32,000 bases of DNA from Aeropyrum pernix K1. GTDB taxonomy: Archaea; Thermoproteota; Thermoprotei_A; Sulfolobales; Acidilobaceae. Both the position numbers and the translations under genes were made by a program. The stretch spans positions 60,001 to 92,000 of the forward strand of contig NC_000854.2 of NCBI RefSeq assembly GCF_000011125.1. Reading direction: 5' to 3'. Under the pieces are notes generated by a model. The model searched no databases, was not told where the DNA came from, and saw nothing but the letters and a program-made list of their open reading frames with translations. This document shows, in pieces, positions 27,535 to 32,000 of this stretch. The stretch's first letter is position 1. The number at the start of each line of letters is the position of its first letter.

Positions 27535-28800
27535 CTAAAGTGTTGTTGAGTACAGGCTCCCCCGGCTGCCTGAAGCTAGCTTCTTAGCCTCTGAGGAGAG
27601 CTCGTCGAGGGTCAACACTTCCTGCTTTCCAGGCTCCCACCTGCGCCTCACAACGACAGTCCCGGTTTCCTCTTCACGTTTCCCAACAACTATTACAAGG
27701 CTAGCCCAGCTTCTACCTGCCTCACGCACCCTTCTCCCCAGCCCGCTCCCCCTTACTATGGACACCCTCACACCTGAAGCTGCAAGGTCCTCAGCTATCC
27801 TCTGGGCGTAACCTTCGCTTTCAGAGTCTACAGGTATCACAGCGGACTGTACGGGTGTAAGGGTGGGGTTGAGGTAGGGTGTTAAACCCTCCTTCCTAGC
27901 CTTTTCAACAAGCATCGAGACCGCCAGCTTGAAGAAGGAGAGAGTGGGGCCCAGGCACACTCTTCCCTCCTTCAAAAATGCTACAGGAAGCTCAGCGCCA
28001 TCGGGACTAGATGCTTTCAAAGCCCCCTCACCACCAGAGAGAAGCGGCTTAACCCCCTCCAGCTGGGGAGAAATTAGTCCCAGAACCCTCGACACGGCCT
28101 CTACAGGATCGTCCTCCAGAGGACCGAAGACTATGCTCGGCGGGTATGGCCCCATCAATAGTGTTGTTACAGAGGATGAAATGCAGGCCTGGTACGCCTC
28201 GCTAAGACTCTCGCCGAAGCCGACGCTCTCAGCAGGCCCGACAACCTCCTCCGCCAAACGCCTATGAACCTCCAGAGCCCAAGAGGCTGGTGATAAGCTG
28301 CCGCCGCCCAAGAGGCCGGCTCGAGCGAGGACCTCGCCAGAGAGGCCGGTCTTATAATCCTCCACTGCAGGCCACGGCTGCAGGGCTCCGGCCTCGGTGA
28401 AGCTCCTAGAGAGTTCGGCTAGTGGGTGCCCCTTGCAGGCTATGCTGAATGACTTGTACCAGCCGAAGGGGGCCCTGTGAACATGCCCTGGAAACTTCGT
28501 CCTCAGGGCTCCCTCTAACTCTATAAGCCTCTTATGGGCTGCCATAGGCTTTGCTAACCTGCTTGAGAGGTGTGCGTAGGGGTATAGGATTACTGTGGTG
28601 ACCTTCAGCCTAGAGGAGTGGGAGGCTATGTCTGAAGCGGCGTACATTACGGTTTGAGGGCCGTCGCCATCCTCCACCGTTGTGAAAACGACTAGAGCCT
28701 CCCCGAACGAGGCTTCGCCGGGAGGGTCTGGCGGGTTCTTGAGGGCGGGCTTCACGGTCTTGTACTCGAATCTGTCTGCGTGGAGGTATAGAAGCCTCAA
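27535..28800 (-). CDS. Editing-type threonyl-tRNA synthetase lacking the full catalytic core (ThrRS-ed)
   Basis: N-terminal archaeal ThrRS editing domain (MRLLYLHADRFEYKTVKPA..., HVHRAPFGWYKSFSIACKGHPLAELSR) and C-terminal anticodon-binding domain (PVQSAVIPVDSESEGYAQRIAEDLAASGVRV) in only 421 aa. Confidence 0.87.
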   Translation of the reverse strand: MRLLYLHADRFEYKTVKPALKNPPDPPGEASFGEALVVFTTVEDGDGPQTVMYAASDIASHSSRLKVTTVILYPYAHLSSRLAKPMAAHKRLIELEGALRTKFPGHVHRAPFGWYKSFSIACKGHPLAELSRSFTEAGALQPWPAVEDYKTGLSGEVLARAGLLGGGSLSPASWALEVHRRLAEEVVGPAESVGFGESLSEAYQACISSSVTTLLMGPYPPSIVFGPLEDDPVEAVSRVLGLISPQLEGVKPLLSGGEGALKASSPDGAELPVAFLKEGRVCLGPTLSFFKLAVSMLVEKARKEGLTPYLNPTLTPVQSAVIPVDSESEGYAQRIAEDLAASGVRVSIVRGSGLGRRVREAGRSWASLVIVVGKREEETGTVVVRRRWEPGKQEVLTLDELSSEAKKLASGSRGSLYSTTL

Positions 28801-28910
28801 CCCTCAGATTCCTCCAGAAGGAAGCTCTTTAACACCCGCATAATATATGCCCTTCGAAACGGGCTGGGGTCGGCCTCCCTAAAAGCCTCAGCCTTTCTAG
28901 GAATAGTAAC

Positions 28911-28942
28911 GGGGCTCCGGGAGACTCCGGATGCCGAGCCCC
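28911..28942. promoter_or_regulatory. Inverted repeat GGGGCTC...GAGCCCC just upstream of the radA core promoter
   Basis: Perfect 7-bp arms at 28911-28917 and 28936-28942; adjacent to TATA-like element. Confidence 0.45.
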
Positions 28943-28949
28943 CTCAGGG

Positions 28950-28958
28950 TTTTTAAGC
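28950..28958 (+). promoter_or_regulatory. Putative radA TATA box (TTTTTAAGC)
   Basis: Crenarchaeal TTTTTAAG-like box about 40-48 nt upstream of ATG 28998. Confidence 0.5.
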
Positions 28959-28997
28959 TTCCAATGTAGGGGTTTATTGATTAGGGGATTGAAAAAT

Positions 28998-29957
28998 ATG
29001 GGTGAGGACAAGAGGGAGATAAAAGACATAACAGATCTACCGGGAGTCGGCCCTACCACAGCCCAGAAGCTGATGGAGGCCGGCTACACCACTCTCGAAG
29101 CCATAGCGGCGGCTACACCCCAGGAGGTGAGCCAGGCAACAGGTATACCGATACTCACGGCCCAGAAGATAGTTGACGCCGCAAGAGAAGCTCTTAACAT
29201 AGACTTCAAGACCGCTTACGACCTGAAGATCGAGAGCATGAACATTAAAAAGATTACGACGGGGAGCAGGAACCTTGACGAGCTGCTGGGCGGCGGTATA
29301 GAGACTAAGACTATAACGGAGCTTTTCGGTGAGTTCGGGAGCGGCAAGACTCAGATATGCCATCAGCTATCTGTTAACGTCCAGCTCCCCGAAGACAAGG
29401 GAGGCCTCGAGGGTAAGGCGGTATACGTAGATACCGAGGGCACCTTCAGGTGGGAGAGGATAGAGCAGATGGCTCGTGGTGTAGGTCTAGACCCGGACGA
29501 GGTTATGAAGAACATTTACTGGATAAGGGCTATAAACAGCCATCACCAGATAGCGATCGTGGATAAGCTTTTCACTATGGTAAAGAATGATAACATAAAG
29601 CTAGTTGTAGTTGACTCTGTCACAAGCCACTTCAGAGCAGAGTTCCCCGGCAGGGAGAACCTGGCTATGAGGCAGCAGCTGCTCAACAGACATCTCCACC
29701 AGCTCATGAGGCTTGCAGACATTTTCAACGTAGCTGTGGTTATAACTAACCAGGTTATGGCCAGGCCGGACGTCTTCTACGGAGACCCTACCCAGGCTGT
29801 GGGAGGCCATGTGTTGGGCCACGCTCCCGGCGTCAGGGTGTACCTCAAGAAGAGCAGGGGGAACAAGAGGATAGCAAGGGTAGTAGACGCTCCACACTTG
29901 CCCGAGGGTGAGACGGTCTTCGCCATAACGGAGTGGGGTATAAGGGATCCAGAGTAG
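28998..29957 (+). CDS. radA: RadA recombinase, 319 aa
   Basis: [17 protein letters not shown] Hh[15 protein letters not shown] Walker [16 protein letters not shown] linker, [23 protein letters not shown]; start set at MGEDKRE. Confidence 0.97.
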   Translation: MGEDKREIKDITDLPGVGPTTAQKLMEAGYTTLEAIAAATPQEVSQATGIPILTAQKIVDAAREALNIDFKTAYDLKIESMNIKKITTGSRNLDELLGGGIETKTITELFGEFGSGKTQICHQLSVNVQLPEDKGGLEGKAVYVDTEGTFRWERIEQMARGVGLDPDEVMKNIYWIRAINSHHQIAIVDKLFTMVKNDNIKLVVVDSVTSHFRAEFPGRENLAMRQQLLNRHLHQLMRLADIFNVAVVITNQVMARPDVFYGDPTQAVGGHVLGHAPGVRVYLKKSRGNKRIARVVDAPHLPEGETVFAITEWGIRDPE

Positions 29958-29989
29958 AGCGGCGTAAAGCCTGCAACACCAGGAGGTGT

Positions 29990-30673
29990 TTGGGGTCGGC
30001 TCCTATTATCGATACCGTAGTTTTTACACCCCACATCCTCCCAGCCGCTGTCGCGACGATACTCCTCTCGGTTGCTGGGTTAATGGATGCTATTTGGAGG
30101 GAGATAGAGCCCGCGTACTGGTACTTAGCCGTAAAAACGTCTATACTAGCCTTTGCAGCTTCGCTCTACCTCGAGGGCGGATTGGCCTCGACGCCGTCTA
30201 AAGCCTTGGTGCACGTAAGCCTTACTCTCATCTTGGTGGCCGTCTCACTAGCATTATTCAAGCTGTGCCTCCTAGGTGGCTCTGATGTCGCCGCCTTCAT
30301 CCTCGTAGCCGTCTCGTCACCTTACTCACCGGGCCTACCAATACCCCCCCTGGCGGTGGCTCTGATAGCCTCAGCCCCCCTGGCCGCAATGTACATTGCA
30401 GTATCCCACGTTAGGCTGAGGCGGCGCGGCGGGCTCCTTACACCCGAGGACCTCGCGTTCGACCCCCGCTTCAAGTGGTGGATACCCCGTGTAGAAGGCG
30501 AGGTTGTGGAGAGGTTCTTCCACGGGTGTAGACTCGACGCCGACCCTCCCGCCCTCGCAGCTCTCACCGGCCTCCGTGTGAGAGCCGAGCCTGGTATACC
30601 CCTGGTAGCATTCATGGCCCTCGGCTACCTAGCGTACGTTGCTGCGGAGCTTCTGGCCATCCAGCCTATCTAG
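29990..30673 (+). CDS. Type IV prepilin/preflagellin peptidase-like membrane protein (A24-like)
   Basis: Hydrophobic protein with first Asp in AGLMDAIWREIEPAYW, second in LLGGSDVAAFIL, and C-terminal EPGIPLVAFMALGYL; track ORF start 29933 overlaps radA, TTG at 29990 is more plausible. Confidence 0.68.
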   Translation: MGSAPIIDTVVFTPHILPAAVATILLSVAGLMDAIWREIEPAYWYLAVKTSILAFAASLYLEGGLASTPSKALVHVSLTLILVAVSLALFKLCLLGGSDVAAFILVAVSSPYSPGLPIPPLAVALIASAPLAAMYIAVSHVRLRRRGGLLTPEDLAFDPRFKWWIPRVEGEVVERFFHGCRLDADPPALAALTGLRVRAEPGIPLVAFMALGYLAYVAAELLAIQPI

Positions 30674-30705
30674 TCGTGATTTAAACAGCTCTCGCGAAAG
30701 CTTTA

Positions 30706-31260
30706 ATGGTGGGGGTGTTTGGACGCTTGTCTAGGCATGTATGGGTGAAGCGGTGGTACAGCATACTCTGGGCTCCTTGGAGGATGAAATATATTAAACA
30801 GGCTGGCAGTCGAGAAGGGTGTGTATTCTGTGAGGCGCCTTCCATGGGTGACGACGCCAAAGCGCTAATAGTCTATAGAGGCAGCCTGTCATACGTTATA
30901 CTTAACAAGTATCCCTACAACAGCGGCCACATAATGGTCACACCTTATAGACACGTGGCGGAGCTTGAGGACCTCACTATGGACGAGATCGTGGAGATGG
31001 CAAAGCTTGTGAGGGCTTCAGTCAAGGCCCTAAAACGCGTCTACGCGCCCCACGGTTTTAATATTGGAGTTAACATAGGCGAGGCGGCGGGAGCCGGTAT
31101 AGCAGGGCACTTTCACATCCACATAGTTCCCAGGTGGAGGGGCGACTCGAACTTCATGCTGACCGTAGGCGGTACTAAGGTGATACCGGAGTCCCTGGAG
31201 GATACATTTAAAAAGCTGAAGCCCGCTGTTGAGGAGGAGGCAAGGAAGGAGGGTGTTTAA
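30706..31260 (+). CDS. HIT family nucleotide hydrolase
   Basis: CVFCEAP, VILNKYPYNSGHIMVTPYRH, GHFHIHIVPRW. Confidence 0.93.
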   Translation: MVGVFGRLSRHVWVKRWYSILWAPWRMKYIKQAGSREGCVFCEAPSMGDDAKALIVYRGSLSYVILNKYPYNSGHIMVTPYRHVAELEDLTMDEIVEMAKLVRASVKALKRVYAPHGFNIGVNIGEAAGAGIAGHFHIHIVPRWRGDSNFMLTVGGTKVIPESLEDTFKKLKPAVEEEARKEGV

Positions 31261-31263
31261 ACC

Positions 31264-32000
31264 GTGGAAAACGGGTTCAACCACCTCTTCATAATAACCC
31301 ATACAGACCTCGACGGCATAGGAGCCGGGGCCGTTGCCGTCAGGCTTCTGGGGAGGGTAGACGGGGGTTATACAGTCGTCTTCGCAGAGCCTTACAACTT
31401 GCACAACTCAATAGAGGATATTTTAGACCATCTTGGTAAGGGTGACCTAATAATAATCAGCGACCTCGGCGCTAACAGAGAATCGCTGCCGAGGGCCGCA
31501 GACCTCCTGGCCTCGGCCACGAGTAAAGGTGTCGCGGTGAAATGGTTCGACCACCACATATGGAGCAACGATGAGCTGGAATTACTGAGGAGGGCAGGAG
31601 TTGAAGTCACCGTCGACACATCAACATGCGCCACGGGAGTTGTAGCCAGATACCTAACCCCAGACGGTGGAGACGGTTTTATCAAGCAATTTGTAGATGC
31701 AGTGTGCAGCGCCGACCTCTGGAAGTGGACTCACCCGCTTAGCGGGAAGCTATTCCGTGTTGTTGGAGAGCGTAACCAGGATATGGAGTGGAAGCACAAG
31801 GTCCTTGCCAAGTTCGCCGCCGGCGTTATGTGGGATGAGGAGTTGGAGAAGAGGCTTGAGGGCTATGTGAATGAAGAACTCAGAGGCTACACAACGGCTA
31901 TAAAGAACGCTGTCACCATCAAGATACATGACCTCAGAATAGCTTCGACATACAAAAACTTCAGGGGCCCCCCCAGTAGCAGCATGATAGGGGCCCTACT
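31264..32000 (+). CDS. DHH family phosphoesterase, 3' truncated by window edge
   Basis: Open frame from GTG 31264 to window end; FIITHTDLDGIGAGAVAV, LIIISDLGAN, VKWFDHHIWSN motifs; not listed in track because it is partial. Confidence 0.85.
   Translation, partial: MENGFNHLFIITHTDLDGIGAGAVAVRLLGRVDGGYTVVFAEPYNLHNSIEDILDHLGKGDLIIISDLGANRESLPRAADLLASATSKGVAVKWFDHHIWSNDELELLRRAGVEVTVDTSTCATGVVARYLTPDGGDGFIKQFVDAVCSADLWKWTHPLSGKLFRVVGERNQDMEWKHKVLAKFAAGVMWDEELEKRLEGYVNEELRGYTTAIKNAVTIKIHDLRIASTYKNFRGPPSSSMIGAL

Noticed and set aside
28829-29059. 76-aa minus-strand ORF over the radA start
   Set aside because: Overlaps the radA promoter and N-terminus, with no motif support.
1-32000. tRNA, rRNA, CRISPR or transposon
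   Set aside because: Reading the intergenic regions gave no T-loop/acceptor pattern, no regularly spaced direct repeats, and no transposase or integrase motif. A tRNAscan-SE and Infernal run would be decisive.

Overview
This 32 kb window is gene-dense crenarchaeal chromosome. By overall character, and from the lengths and sequences of FEN1 (350 aa) and RadA (319 aa), it looks like Aeropyrum; that assignment is an inference. Most of the content is housekeeping and genome maintenance. It includes: a truncated Bcp-type peroxiredoxin; two paralogous AbrB-PhoU regulators; a TldD/TldE pair; a histone-deacetylase-superfamily protein; B-family DNA polymerase PolB1; a membrane-anchored HdrD-like Fe-S oxidoreductase; Hsp20; a PAC2-family protein; an Asp-ligand ferredoxin; a circularly permuted GTPase; a minus-strand cluster L40e-Mre11-Rad50-NurA-HerA-membrane protein; FEN1; an ASCH protein; an editing-only ThrRS; RadA; a prepilin-peptidase-like protein; HIT; and a partial DHH phosphoesterase. 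I found no convincing mobile element, CRISPR array, rRNA or tRNA. The most interesting items are: three short genes missing from the supplied ORF track (L40e, a 49-aa zinc ribbon, a 37-aa ORF); a membrane protein coupled to herA by an ATGA overlap; a 20-bp perfect palindrome plus a nested inverted repeat in the polB1/HdrD-like divergent intergenic region; dyads next to radA and both AbrB-PhoU genes; a PIP-like motif in the N-terminal extension of PolB1; and a degenerate CCG motif in the HdrD-like protein. I cannot claim a clearly new multi-gene system.
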